This document shows positions 8,831-18,816 of a stretch of 64,000 nucleotides of DNA, in pieces (the first letter of the stretch is position 1; each line of letters opens with the position of its first letter). Below the pieces are notes generated by a model, which was given only the letters and a program-made list of their open reading frames with translations, searched no databases and was not told the origin of the DNA. Source of the stretch: an uncultured Candidatus Saccharibacteria bacterium (GTDB lineage: Bacteria; Patescibacteriota; Saccharimonadia; Saccharimonadales; JAGPDM01); NCBI GenBank assembly GCA_964622235.1, contig CAZUNB010000001.1:9360-73359 (forward strand), written 5' to 3'. The position numbers were made by a program, and so were the translations under genes.

Positions 8831-11389
8831 CTACTCACGTGAAAACAGTTTTGCAACTATCTGTGCTAGAGATACACCAGCACTAAGCGTAAGTAGGGCT
8901 GATGATAAAACTATGAATATCTCTTGGTTACTACCTGTTTTTGCAAGCGAGGATGTCGAGTTCGAAAGATTTTTCACTTCACTTAGGTTATTAATACTAA
9001 GACCTACTGGATCAACAATTGTACCATTTGCTAAGTTGTCTTCATCACCGTCGCCACCATCTTGAACAGAGTATTGGAGCAGCAATGCAGGCACTCCACC
9101 GACAGTACTTTCAGTGATGACTGAACCCGGTAAATCTGAATATTTGCTAGTATTAGATTCGAACTTACGTGCAGTAAAACCGTCTTTTGCTAGATCAGTG
9201 AAGAAGTAAGCCTGCATCTCAACCATTTCCCCTGACATAACTCCTTCTACCGTGAAGCTGAGCAGGCCAAAAGGATAATTCTTCCCGATATCTTCAAAAG
9301 CTGCCGCTGCAACTGAAGTTGAAATGATCGTCGTTCCGGCAGGAGAAACCAGTGTGACATACTTATTTGTCTGCGTATTAACAAAGCTAGTAACATTGCT
9401 TTGAGTTGAATCTTTAGCACCATCATCATTACCGTCTCCAGCATTAGGCGCAGCGTCTTCAACTCCGCTCACTATGCCGTCGCCATCAGTGTCGACATTT
9501 GTATACGAGAAAACCTGTATACGATTATTGGCCTGATCAGTAACATAGAATTTTGAGCCGTCATTATTGATAGTGATAGACACCGGAACGTTGAACTCTC
9601 CGTTCCTAGAGCCGAACCGGCCAAATTTGCCGACATAGCTGTAATCGCTCGTATTGAATGCCTGAATACGATTGTTATCCCTTTCAGTAACATAGATTGT
9701 CGAACCATCGGGACTCGTCGCGAGACCACGTGGGTTGCTAAGTTGACCATTGGCGCTACCAATCCCACCAAATTGACCGAGATAGGTATTATCCGCAGCG
9801 TCGAAAACCTGCACACGATTATTGCCAGTATCTGACACAAATATTTTTCCACCTGATATCAGAATTGCTCGCGGAGTACTTAGCTGGCCATCACCAGCAC
9901 CTGCTGAGCCAAATTTGCCAACATAGCTGTTGTCACTAGTGTTGAATATTTGAATGCGGTTGTTGGATAAATCTACAACATAGAATTTCGACCCATCTTC
10001 CGAAAACGTGACACCATAGGGATTGCTGAACTGCCCATTGCCACTACCAGTTACACCCAAGGAACTAACAAAACTATTATCAGAAGTATTAAATATCTGG
10101 ATGCGGTTGTTGGATAAATCGGCTACATATAATTTTGTACCATCTGGCGAGACGGTTAGCGCGTAGGGAGTACTGAATTGTCCAGGAGCACTACCGAGTG
10201 AACCAAACTCACCAACATAGCTGTTGTCACTAGTGTTGAATATCTGAATGCGGTGATTTCCAGAATCTGCAACATATAGTTTAGTATTGTCTTTACTAAG
10301 TGCAGTTTGGTAAGGATTTAAAAACCCTCCAGATTGTTGGCTAGAGCTACCAAATTTAGCCTGGAAGCTGTTGTCACTGGTGTTGAATATTTGGATACGG
10401 TTGTTATAGGTATCCGCGACATATAATTTACTACCGTCAGGACTCACCGCAATACCTTGGGGGTCTTTAAACTGCCCATCACCTGTGCCGTATTCACCAA
10501 TTACAGGTGGAAGCTCTACACCGTCTAAGCCAAACTTTTTCACTTGAGCAAAGCTTCTAGTTGGCCGGACGTTCATCACATGAATTATGTCATTATTATC
10601 GATAACAACATCTGTCGGATATCGCAGCTGATTCAATCCGCCACCCCAATTGCCTATTTGCTTGACATAAGATCCATTGCTATCAAAGACGAGGACTCTT
10701 GCTACCTCTTCTTGAACGTATATATTGTCACTAGAATCAACGGCTACTCCAGTTAGGGAGTGGAAGTCGGGGTCTGGGTTAGAAGCATTTGATACAAACT
10801 GCAAAATATAATTACCTGCGCTGTCAAACTTTTGTATTCTAATATTAGGGTCATCAGCAACAATCACATTACCTTGGCTATCAACGACAATCGCTTTTGG
10901 AAAACAAAAGTTACCGTCTGTTATAGTCTCCTCAGACTTACAGCTGCGTTCGCCAAATTGTCCAATATAAGAATTATTTGTTCCGTTAAAAATCTGAACT
11001 CGGCTGTTTCCAGTATCAGCAACGTAGAGCTTTGAGCCGTCATTATTAAAAGCTAAGTCACTTGGATTAGCAAACTGACCATTTCCACTACCCGAAGTTC
11101 CGAATTTTCCGATATATGAGTTATCCGATGTTTTAAAAATTTGAATTTGGTTGTTGCCTGTGTCCAGTACGTAGAGTTTGGATCCATCTGGCGAAACAGT
11201 AGTCGCCATCGGTTTATCAAATTTCCTATTTTCAGTAACGCCACTCTTTCCGACGACACTATCGAACTCAGGCATAGCCAAAGACGCGTTAGCTGATGAT
11301 GAGTTAATTGACACCACGATAACAACTACTAGAAGTATGACACTGAAAAACGCAATCCTGTAGTTATTTAATAGGGACTTCAGATTCAT
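8831..11389 (-). CDS. Secreted NHL-repeat beta-propeller surface protein with C-terminal anchor domain and LPXTG-like signal
   Basis: Signal peptide; about 12 repeats of G..GQF..P..(I/V)..DGSKLYVADT.N.RIQIF; DGGDGDED..NGTIVDP anchor-domain motif; LAKTG + TM helix at the C-terminus. Confidence 0.85.
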   Translation of the reverse strand: MNLKSLLNNYRIAFFSVILLVVVIVVSINSSSANASLAMPEFDSVVGKSGVTENRKFDKPMATTVSPDGSKLYVLDTGNNQIQIFKTSDNSYIGKFGTSGSGNGQFANPSDLAFNNDGSKLYVADTGNSRVQIFNGTNNSYIGQFGERSCKSEETITDGNFCFPKAIVVDSQGNVIVADDPNIRIQKFDSAGNYILQFVSNASNPDPDFHSLTGVAVDSSDNIYVQEEVARVLVFDSNGSYVKQIGNWGGGLNQLRYPTDVVIDNNDIIHVMNVRPTRSFAQVKKFGLDGVELPPVIGEYGTGDGQFKDPQGIAVSPDGSKLYVADTYNNRIQIFNTSDNSFQAKFGSSSQQSGGFLNPYQTALSKDNTKLYVADSGNHRIQIFNTSDNSYVGEFGSLGSAPGQFSTPYALTVSPDGTKLYVADLSNNRIQIFNTSDNSFVSSLGVTGSGNGQFSNPYGVTFSEDGSKFYVVDLSNNRIQIFNTSDNSYVGKFGSAGAGDGQLSTPRAILISGGKIFVSDTGNNRVQVFDAADNTYLGQFGGIGSANGQLSNPRGLATSPDGSTIYVTERDNNRIQAFNTSDYSYVGKFGRFGSRNGEFNVPVSITINNDGSKFYVTDQANNRIQVFSYTNVDTDGDGIVSGVEDAAPNAGDGNDDGAKDSTQSNVTSFVNTQTNKYVTLVSPAGTTIISTSVAAAAFEDIGKNYPFGLLSFTVEGVMSGEMVEMQAYFFTDLAKDGFTARKFESNTSKYSDLPGSVITESTVGGVPALLLQYSVQDGGDGDEDNLANGTIVDPVGLSINNLSEVKNLSNSTSSLAKTGSNQEIFIVLSSALLTLSAGVSLAQIVAKLFSRE

Positions 11390-11529
11390 AATTTCTTGCC
11401 TTTCTTGGCTATTATTGACTTTGTTAAATTCGTTTTTTTGTTTTTTGTTTGGTAACTACATTATATCACAAAAAAACATGAGCATTATCTATTTTAATAT
11501 CAACTCAAACGAAAAAAGATACAAAAATA

Positions 11530-12639
11530 TTACTCCCAGCGGAAGACGCGGAAGGCGATGACGTAGATAATTACTAGCCAGATGCCAATTAGTCCAAGCT
11601 GCGGACCAATTTCCCAGAGATGCTTGCCCTCGGTAGCAATCAAACGAATACCATCGATAATCGGAGTTAGAGGAATAAACGCCGAGATATTCTGTAGCCA
11701 TTCTGGCATTAGGAACCGCGGGAAAAATGTGCCTGACAAGAACATCATCGGAAAAACGATTATGTTACCGAGCGGAGCGACCTGGCGCTCATTCTTTGCC
11801 CAGCCACCGAGGGCTAGACCAATACCGAGAATTGTTACCGTTCCAAGTACTAGGAATAAAGCTAATTCAAATGGGTTACCAACTACCTTCAAATTAAAAA
11901 CAAGAATTGCTACAGCAAACTGAATCGCAAAAGCTACTAATCCGATGATCCCTTGAGAAATAACGTTCGACAAAAAGTACTGCCAAACACGGAGGGTAGT
12001 TGTGTGGAATCGCCGTAGTATTCCTTGTTTTTTTAATTCAGGGAAGACATTCATAGGACCAAAAATACCGATACCGATAATAGAAAATCCAAGCAAGCCA
12101 GAGAATATGTAGTCGAACGAAGATAGTCCTCGATCGTTAGTCTGCTTTGCTTTGACTGAAAAAGGTGTTTGCTGCTGCACAAACGAAGCGTTTATAGCCT
12201 GGAATTGACCAGTCAAAATTGAGCTTAATGTCTGGCCAGCTTGCTGGTTATTTTGTGAGTAAATTACTTCAGCTTTTCCTGTGGGATAGCCTTTTGTTTG
12301 ATCAATCTCACCAAAGCCTTTAGGTAAGATAATTGCGGCATCTAGTTCGCCTCTATTCATAGCGTCTTTAGCCGCATCGATAGTTTTAATGTTCTCATCA
12401 ACTTTCAAAGAATCGCTTTTCTTGGTTTCTTTGACGTACTTTTGAGAGAACTCAGATTTTGACTGGTTAATTAATCCTACATTAAAGTTGGCATCACCTG
12501 AGTTTCCAAAAATTCCACCAAAAACGAATAAAAAAATCAGTGGAAAGGCAATCGTGAAAAATATTGCTAGCTTATCGCGGAAGAATCGTCTGGTATTAAT
12601 TTTTGTAAAAATAAAAACCGTAAATAATTTTTTGCGCAT
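11530..12639 (-). CDS. ABC-2 type transporter permease
   Basis: FFRDKLAIFFTIAFP, extracellular loop, FPMMFLSGTFFP..MPEWLQ. Confidence 0.92.
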   Translation of the reverse strand: MRKKLFTVFIFTKINTRRFFRDKLAIFFTIAFPLIFLFVFGGIFGNSGDANFNVGLINQSKSEFSQKYVKETKKSDSLKVDENIKTIDAAKDAMNRGELDAAIILPKGFGEIDQTKGYPTGKAEVIYSQNNQQAGQTLSSILTGQFQAINASFVQQQTPFSVKAKQTNDRGLSSFDYIFSGLLGFSIIGIGIFGPMNVFPELKKQGILRRFHTTTLRVWQYFLSNVISQGIIGLVAFAIQFAVAILVFNLKVVGNPFELALFLVLGTVTILGIGLALGGWAKNERQVAPLGNIIVFPMMFLSGTFFPRFLMPEWLQNISAFIPLTPIIDGIRLIATEGKHLWEIGPQLGLIGIWLVIIYVIAFRVFRWE

Positions 12640-12640
12640 A

Positions 12641-13423
12641 TTAAACTCTCAGCTCTTTTCCAGTTAGATCGATAAATACGTCCTCAAGATTTGCCTGCTC
12701 TACATGTTGTTCCTTCTTAAACCCACGATCAAGCAATTGTTTAATTAAATTCTTTGGTGTGTCGAGCGCAATAATCTTACCCTCGTCCATAACTGCAACT
12801 CGGTCACAGAGGATTTCTGCTTCATCCATGTAGTGAGTTGTAATGATTACGGTAACACCACGATCGCGTACCTGACGTACCAAATCCCAAAGGTTTCGAC
12901 GAGCTTGTGGGTCCAATCCTGTGGTTGGCTCATCTAGGAAAAAGACAGTCGGATCATGGACGAGCGCAGCAGCTATCGAAAACCGTTGTTTTTGACCTCC
13001 AGATAGATTCTCAACAAAACTATTTTTCTTTTGGAGCAGGTCAACATCTTCAAGAAATGTATCGACATCGACTTTTTCACCATAAGCGGCCGCAAATAAC
13101 TCTATCAATTCAGATAACTTAGTCTTGTCCTGAAAACTTGGACTCTGCGGTTGCACTCCGATAATCTTACGGATTTCATACGGATTTTTTGAAACATCAA
13201 TTCCGTCAATCGTCGCACTACCACCATCGATTGGCCGCAGAGCTTCGAGCATTTCCAGGGTTGTGGTTTTACCGGCACCATTTGGACCCAAGATTCCGAA
13301 GACTTCACCTTTTTTAACAGCAAAGCTAATGCTTTTAACGGTCTTCTCACCATCATAAACTTTCTCAAGATTTTTGACCGTAACAATATTCTTTTTAGCA
13401 ATAACTTTCGTTTTTTTAATCAT
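12641..13423 (-). CDS. ABC transporter ATP-binding protein (DrrA-like)
   Basis: [36 protein letters not shown]. Confidence 0.95.
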   Translation of the reverse strand: MIKKTKVIAKKNIVTVKNLEKVYDGEKTVKSISFAVKKGEVFGILGPNGAGKTTTLEMLEALRPIDGGSATIDGIDVSKNPYEIRKIIGVQPQSPSFQDKTKLSELIELFAAAYGEKVDVDTFLEDVDLLQKKNSFVENLSGGQKQRFSIAAALVHDPTVFFLDEPTTGLDPQARRNLWDLVRQVRDRGVTVIITTHYMDEAEILCDRVAVMDEGKIIALDTPKNLIKQLLDRGFKKEQHVEQANLEDVFIDLTGKELRV

Positions 13424-13470
13424 AGGAATATATTATACGCCTGTCAAAAATTGGTGTCGATAGACTTTGG

Positions 13471-15000
13471 CTATTTGATTAACCGTAAACGACGAACCAA
13501 AAATATTGATGTGGCAACTGACACAAGTGAGATAGCGATGAGCACTGTCTCTGATTGTCCTGTCTTTGGTAGCGTATTAGCTGCTCCAGAAATACCCAAG
13601 CTATTCACCGCCGTCGTGAACGGTGATTCGTAAGCACCAGAATCATAGGCTAGGCCTTGAGGGCGAACAGAGCCTCTGGCGTCTTGCGTCAGACCAGCTA
13701 TAGTGACACCTGAGTCTATAGCGGGAGAACCAGACATAAGAGCCATGGTTGGAACGTAGCCACCGTTGTTTTGGAGTGGGCCGAGAGTGGAGCCAAGGGC
13801 TGTGAGGTTGTTTTGGTCTTTAACGTGATTAAAATATGTTGAGCAAGTAGTATCGTCACTTAAATTCCCACCGCCACTGGTTAAAGAGCCGTTGAATCCA
13901 CCGCTACCACCAAAAAGTGGCGTGTAGTCGAAGAAACCCTCACAAGCATTAGGCACGCCTAAGCTTTTAATATCAGCGAGTAGTAGATTATCAGTCTCTA
14001 ACGATACGTTTGCAGTACCGCTCACTCCACCACCAGCGACGACTAAACTCGTCGAACCAAAACCGGAGGCTTGTGAACTTTCACCTCCTGCAATATCCGT
14101 AATAGTGGAGTTATTAATCTTGGCAGTTGTGGTAGAATCTTCTGCCCCGGTGTAACTTATTAAGCCGAGACCGATTGCAATTGAGGAAGTCCTGATATTG
14201 GAAATCGTTACATTTTCAAAGTTAGCATTAAGCGTGCTTGGACTTCCACCCGCTATAATGCCCCCCATAACCATAATCCCACTAGCCGTGGCTTCGCTGT
14301 CGGTGTTTTCGATATCGCTCACTGTCGTATTAGAGACAGATAGATTAAGTATGGCCTTATTATTTGTGTATACAAGAATCCCAGGTAATCCTATGCCTGC
14401 AGCTGAACTATTAAATCGGTGCACATAAGAGTTGTTTATCGAAATAGAGGTCATCACGCCGTCTACTCCATTTTCTACTCCGAAACCCGAAAGAGCCAGC
14501 GAAGCCCCCACACTAGTAGCGTTCAAGCCGTCTATCTCAATTCGATCAGCGTCTAGGTTAGCATCTTGAACACCGATACCAAACCCTCTAAAACCCGTCA
14601 CAGTGAAATCAGAAACAGTCAGCATCTCACTGGCAGTCGCTGTTATTTGAATAGTCTGATACTGGCCGTCTCCATCGATAATCGATTGCCCCGCACCAGC
14701 ACCCTTGAATGTTGCAGTTTTAGTCAGTACTGGTAGATCGGCTACCAGCGTTATCGTCCCAGCCGGAAGGTTGATAGTATCATTTACACCATCGCCAGCA
14801 GGACAATCACTACTTGTAGCAGCTTGGTCGTTAATGTTCTGGATAGCTTCACTCAGTGAGCAAGAGCTGTTTGTAGTTGTCTCGTCGTTGCCGACAGCAA
14901 CGTTGAAGCTAGCTGCGTGAGCAGGTGCTGACTGAGCAACTGAAATAATTACAGTGGCGAGCACAGCTAACGGCAAACGTACGAGATTGATATTTTTCAT
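13471..15000 (-). CDS. Secreted beta-helix surface protein (CSLREA-like N-terminus, choice-of-anchor-Q-like C-terminus) with LPKTG sorting signal
   Basis: Signal peptide (AHA); CSLSEAI; LGPLQNNGG..TMAL..GSPAIDSG, DARG..RPQG..DSGAYE; LPKTG-TM-RRLRLIK. Confidence 0.85.
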   Translation of the reverse strand: MKNINLVRLPLAVLATVIISVAQSAPAHAASFNVAVGNDETTTNSSCSLSEAIQNINDQAATSSDCPAGDGVNDTINLPAGTITLVADLPVLTKTATFKGAGAGQSIIDGDGQYQTIQITATASEMLTVSDFTVTGFRGFGIGVQDANLDADRIEIDGLNATSVGASLALSGFGVENGVDGVMTSISINNSYVHRFNSSAAGIGLPGILVYTNNKAILNLSVSNTTVSDIENTDSEATASGIMVMGGIIAGGSPSTLNANFENVTISNIRTSSIAIGLGLISYTGAEDSTTTAKINNSTITDIAGGESSQASGFGSTSLVVAGGGVSGTANVSLETDNLLLADIKSLGVPNACEGFFDYTPLFGGSGGFNGSLTSGGGNLSDDTTCSTYFNHVKDQNNLTALGSTLGPLQNNGGYVPTMALMSGSPAIDSGVTIAGLTQDARGSVRPQGLAYDSGAYESPFTTAVNSLGISGAANTLPKTGQSETVLIAISLVSVATSIFLVRRLRLIK

Positions 15001-15133
15001 AGATAGACTTTCGTATTTTGGTTAGAGGAAAATGTTTTTTTACATATTTTTGCTTTGATTATGAGTATACATGAGCATATTGAAGAAATATATAGCTAGT
15101 ACTGCTCCTCGGGTGACTATATCTAGGAATTTA

Positions 15134-15292
15134 CTATTTAAGCTTCAAACCAAGCCAAATACCTAAAATTCCGCCGATAAAGCCACCAATCACTGTCCAA
15201 CCAGACATACTAGCCGAGCCAAACAAAACTGGAATGTAGCCACCAATATAAGTTCCTGCGATTGACGTTAATAGAACTGGTTTATTGCCCAT
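15134..15292 (-). CDS. Small Gly-rich two-TM membrane protein
   Basis: MGNKPVLL...GTYIGGYIP...GGFIGGILGIWLG; start moved to the ATG at 15292, 7 nt after a TAGAAT -10-like box. Confidence 0.65.
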   Translation of the reverse strand: MGNKPVLLTSIAGTYIGGYIPVLFGSASMSGWTVIGGFIGGILGIWLGLKLK

Positions 15293-15415
15293 ATTACATA
15301 TTCTAAACCCATATTCCTCACAGCACAAAGCTCTTTTCAGATTCAGCAAATCATAAATATGATGCATAATTTTGTAGCTAAAAAGACAATCCACGGATCA
15401 GCTGGATTTTCTATT

Positions 15416-15731
15416 TGGCTGAGAAAGGGATGAACACTCAACGATAGACTAGCTAACGCTATTCCGTCATCTCGCTAGAAGCTGTCAAATCATAGATTAT
15501 GACAACTATCTAAACCCTCTGTCGGGTTCGCATCTTTTTCTCAGAAAAGAGAAAAACGCCCAAAGTCTAAAGACTTGGAAGCTCTTCTCCTGGCGGAGAG
15601 AGAGAGAGAGGGATGACGCTCGCTTCGTTCACTATTCCGTCGCTAAGCTCCTTACGAACCCTTTTTGCTTCGCAAAAGTCGGGTTCGAACGCTCAACAAA
15701 CTAAAAACAGCCCAAAGGGCTGCGTTTAGTT
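15416..15731 (-). repeat. Two tandem tRNA-linked repeat units downstream of tRNA-Ser(CGA), each ending in a copy of the tRNA 3' end
   Basis: tRNA 3'-end copies at 15591-15614 and 15416-15431 (degenerate); internal motifs shared with 52014-52296 and 53567-53750. Confidence 0.8.
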
Positions 15732-15825
15732 TGGCGGAGAGAGAGGGATTCGAACCCTCGAAGATGATTACTCACCTTACACGATTTCGAGTCGTGCGCC
15801 TTCAACCAGGCTCGGCCACCTCTCC
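15732..15825 (-). tRNA. tRNA-Ser(CGA)
   Basis: GGAGAGG/TCTCTCC acceptor, anticodon loop CT-CGA-AA, long variable arm, GGTTCGAATCC, encoded CCA. Confidence 0.96.
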
Positions 15826-15890
15826 ATAGCTTATGAAATTATATCAGCCTATTTCATTCACGACTATCTTGGAATCTATCGAACAAAAGC

Positions 15891-16895
15891 CTATTTATTC
15901 GAATGCCGATGTGGTAAAAACAATTTTGCGCTCAGGCCGATTCCAATAAGTGCTGGAAACCAAAATGACAAAATCCGAAAAGCTAGCACAGCGGCTAATA
16001 TCGTCGACAAAGGATGCCCGTAACTGACAAAAAATGAAGCCGTGATCGTCTCGCTCTCACCTACGCCACCAGGTATTAATGGTACAAATACTGCTAATCG
16101 CGAGAAAAAGTAACCATAGAGGCCTAGTAGATAACTAATGTCTAAATCAAATGCTCGTAAGATAAACCACAATGCTGTCCCTTCAAATATCCAAGTAGCT
16201 GAGAAAAAGAATGCCAACTGCAAAATGTCTCTAGTTTTATAACCTGACTTTTTAACCAGTTGCCAAGGCGCTAAACTAGTTTCACCGACGAACCGTTCAG
16301 AAAATTTCTGAACTTTTTCTTGTACAAAACGAGAATTCCGAGCGAGGAAAATGATTATCACACCAATAGCTAAAATAATCGGTAGAAATCCGATAATACG
16401 ACTGACAGGACTATCTCCGGGTAGTCCGTAAAATATTGTGCTTATAAGTACTGCAAATAAGAACAGTATATTCAGTGTTACAATTGCGACCGAGTAAAGA
16501 ACAACTAGAAATTTTCCAGCCAATTCAACTTGTCGATTTTCTTGCCTCATAATTCGACGCCAAACTAACAGATCACCGAGGATGATAATTTTACTAACGC
16601 CAAGCCCAGCTAGTGATTCAACCAAAGACTGCCAAAAACTGATGTGGATATCTTGGCGTTTAAAAAATTTTTGATATGGAATTACTAGCGTTGAGATTGC
16701 TAGAAGTTCACTTACGATTGCCGCAAGTAAGTAATCAAGTCTGATACTAGCTAAAATCTGGCGATTGTTGGAAAAAAACCATGCTTGATAAGCAATCGTA
16801 ATAATACCGAAAAAAATCAGGGTTATTGTCGCGCCCCGCGTGAAAAATTGTTTTTTGGACGTTGCTTTTTTGGCTTTAAGCATACCTTCTATCAT
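15891..16895 (-). CDS. Lysylphosphatidylglycerol-synthase TM / flippase-like (UPF0104) membrane protein
   Basis: Multi-TM; PLIPGGVGESE and AVLAFRILSFWFP motifs. Confidence 0.82.
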   Translation of the reverse strand: MIEGMLKAKKATSKKQFFTRGATITLIFFGIITIAYQAWFFSNNRQILASIRLDYLLAAIVSELLAISTLVIPYQKFFKRQDIHISFWQSLVESLAGLGVSKIIILGDLLVWRRIMRQENRQVELAGKFLVVLYSVAIVTLNILFLFAVLISTIFYGLPGDSPVSRIIGFLPIILAIGVIIIFLARNSRFVQEKVQKFSERFVGETSLAPWQLVKKSGYKTRDILQLAFFFSATWIFEGTALWFILRAFDLDISYLLGLYGYFFSRLAVFVPLIPGGVGESETITASFFVSYGHPLSTILAAVLAFRILSFWFPALIGIGLSAKLFLPHRHSNK

Positions 16896-16926
16896 ACGCT
16901 AGTTTTTTGAATGCTATACTCCATAT

Positions 16927-17316
16927 ATGAGTGAACAATCCTATCAACCTGGAGTCTGCAATATCAACACCGATGAAATTACCTATCGACGTAAGGCTGG
17001 CTATATAAGCCTTGGAATTACTATTATAATTTTTGTAACTGCAGTTTTATTGAGAAACACTACTATCGCTGGAGCTGTCGCCATTTTTGCTTCAATTTCT
17101 GCTATCAGTTTCCTGCAAGCTCAAAATAAATTCTGCGTGGCATATGCTGGCAGCGGCAAACAAAATGCCACCGAAGGTGAAAAAGAAGCTACGGAGATTA
17201 AAAGTGCTAAAAATCGCGCACTCGATAAAGCCAAAGCCAACAAAATGTATCTTCAAGCCGCGGCTGTCGGCATCCTCGCCGGTGGTATGAGCTTCACATT
17301 AGTCACTCTGCTCTAA
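16927..17316 (+). CDS. Hypothetical membrane protein
   Basis: YQPGVCNI..E...RR and FLQAQNKFCVAY motifs; three TM helices. Confidence 0.7.
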   Translation: MSEQSYQPGVCNINTDEITYRRKAGYISLGITIIIFVTAVLLRNTTIAGAVAIFASISAISFLQAQNKFCVAYAGSGKQNATEGEKEATEIKSAKNRALDKAKANKMYLQAAAVGILAGGMSFTLVTLL

Positions 17317-17332
17317 AATCGCTTAAGAGTTC

Positions 17333-18430
17333 CTACCTGAGCTGGAGAGTTTCGGCAGAAAAGGTGATATTGAGTGGTTTGATCTCGACCGCTCGTTCGC
17401 CTTCGGCCACGTAACCCGCATCGTAAGCTTTAATTCCATGCTTTTCGCTGGTCTCGATAACTATCTTGGCATGTTCAGCAGGAACGTAAACCGCAAAGCC
17501 AGCGCCCATATTGAACGTGCCGTAGGCTTCTTCGTCGCTGTATTCATTTTGCTCTTGAATAAATGATAGCACCTCCGGGACAGGCGGAAGCTTTTCAATG
17601 ACATATCGTAAATCTTTAGTGTGTCGCATAATTTTGCGCCAACCGTGTCCAGTAATGTGTGCCATGTAGTGGATTGGAACGTTTTGCTCGAACAACTCTG
17701 CGACAACACTAGGATACAAATGTGAAGCTGCCAATAATCCTTGGCCAAAAGTCTGTCCACTTGGAAGCTTAGTTTGATAACCTTCCGGCAACCCCGCAGC
17801 AATTTCACGTGCCAATGAAATTCCATTGGTTTGAATACCAGTTGATTCTAAAAAGACAATTCGATCACCAGAACTGAGCTCATCACCTAAAACCAGTCGA
17901 GATTTTGGTTCTATTAAACCAACACCCGAACCAGCTAACTCGAGTGCACCATCTACAACCATATCTTTTAAGCTTTGGGTCTCGCCCCCTCCCCAAGTTG
18001 CACCAACCAATTCGCAGGCCTGTTGCCAGCCATTAATAAGATCACTGGCTAACTTGTTATCTTCCAACCAATCGTAGCTACTGCTCGACCAATAAGCATT
18101 AATTATCGTTGGTAGCGCACCCACAGTCACCAGGTCATTAGCAATCGTCGAAACAGTGTCAATTGCCGTCTGGCGGAAAAAAGACTCTCCTGTCTGCTCA
18201 TATACGGCCTGAGTAATTAGGCTTTTTGTTCCCAAACCTTCCTGGGTCAAAGCGATATAACCTGTTGATGTCTCAGCTAAAAAGGCACTCTCACCCCGGC
18301 TAGCCGCCATTGCGCTCCAGCCGTGTTTATCGAGTTGTCCAGAAGTTGCTGCAGCAGCTTTTTGTGCCAAAACTTTAACAGGGTCAGCTGCATCGTAATT
18401 TACTGCCTTGTGATAATCATACTTTGCCAT
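17333..18430 (-). CDS. purM: Phosphoribosylformylglycinamidine cyclo-ligase (AIR synthase)
   Basis: EGLGTK, NDL..VGA, GGET, STGIQTNG.SLAR, AHITGHG, TFNMGAG. Confidence 0.92.
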   Translation of the reverse strand: MAKYDYHKAVNYDAADPVKVLAQKAAAATSGQLDKHGWSAMAASRGESAFLAETSTGYIALTQEGLGTKSLITQAVYEQTGESFFRQTAIDTVSTIANDLVTVGALPTIINAYWSSSSYDWLEDNKLASDLINGWQQACELVGATWGGGETQSLKDMVVDGALELAGSGVGLIEPKSRLVLGDELSSGDRIVFLESTGIQTNGISLAREIAAGLPEGYQTKLPSGQTFGQGLLAASHLYPSVVAELFEQNVPIHYMAHITGHGWRKIMRHTKDLRYVIEKLPPVPEVLSFIQEQNEYSDEEAYGTFNMGAGFAVYVPAEHAKIVIETSEKHGIKAYDAGYVAEGERAVEIKPLNITFSAETLQLR

Positions 18431-18468
18431 TTCAGTACTAGTATACCAGATTAAACTAGTATTCTAAG

Positions 18469-18708
18469 TCAGACAATTGGTCGACGCCAGAGACCAATCC
18501 CGAAATTTTTCCCAGCACACAGACTTGGTCCAATAAAATAGCGCTGAGGATTCATTTGTAACAAATTCCGAATACGGGGTGATTTTTGACATTCCTCTCT
18601 ACTTACCCCATACATTGACTCAATACAAACACAGCCTTGTTCTTTCAATTGTTTAATTACAACCTTGGCATCATTTTCAACCGTACTGATGGTAGCTGTT
18701 GCAGACAT
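18469..18708 (-). CDS. Hypothetical protein
   Basis: 79-aa ORF with AAGGAG SD upstream; fills the intergenic gap. Confidence 0.5.
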   Translation of the reverse strand: MSATATISTVENDAKVVIKQLKEQGCVCIESMYGVSREECQKSPRIRNLLQMNPQRYFIGPSLCAGKNFGIGLWRRPIV

Positions 18709-18816
18709 CTGCTTCTCCTTACTTAACTAGTTCTGGTACTATATCGCAGAAGAATACAAAAATGAAAAATATATAAGAAAACGTCAAATACATATAGTTT
18801 ATGTTATATTTATAAC

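Noticed and set aside
9480-11200. Near-identical DNA repeats inside the 852-aa gene as a DGR or repeat array
   Set aside because: They are in-frame NHL blade duplications; no reverse transcriptase gene or adenine-specific mismatch pattern was seen.
15416-15731. CRISPR array interpretation of the repeats near tRNA-Ser
   Set aside because: The repeats are tRNA 3'-end copies separated by 140-175 bp of mutually related sequence, not unique spacers; no cas genes are visible.
15134-15825. Prophage or integrative island at tRNA-Ser(CGA)
   Set aside because: The att-like duplications enclose only 141 and 175 bp; no integrase or phage genes lie nearby.
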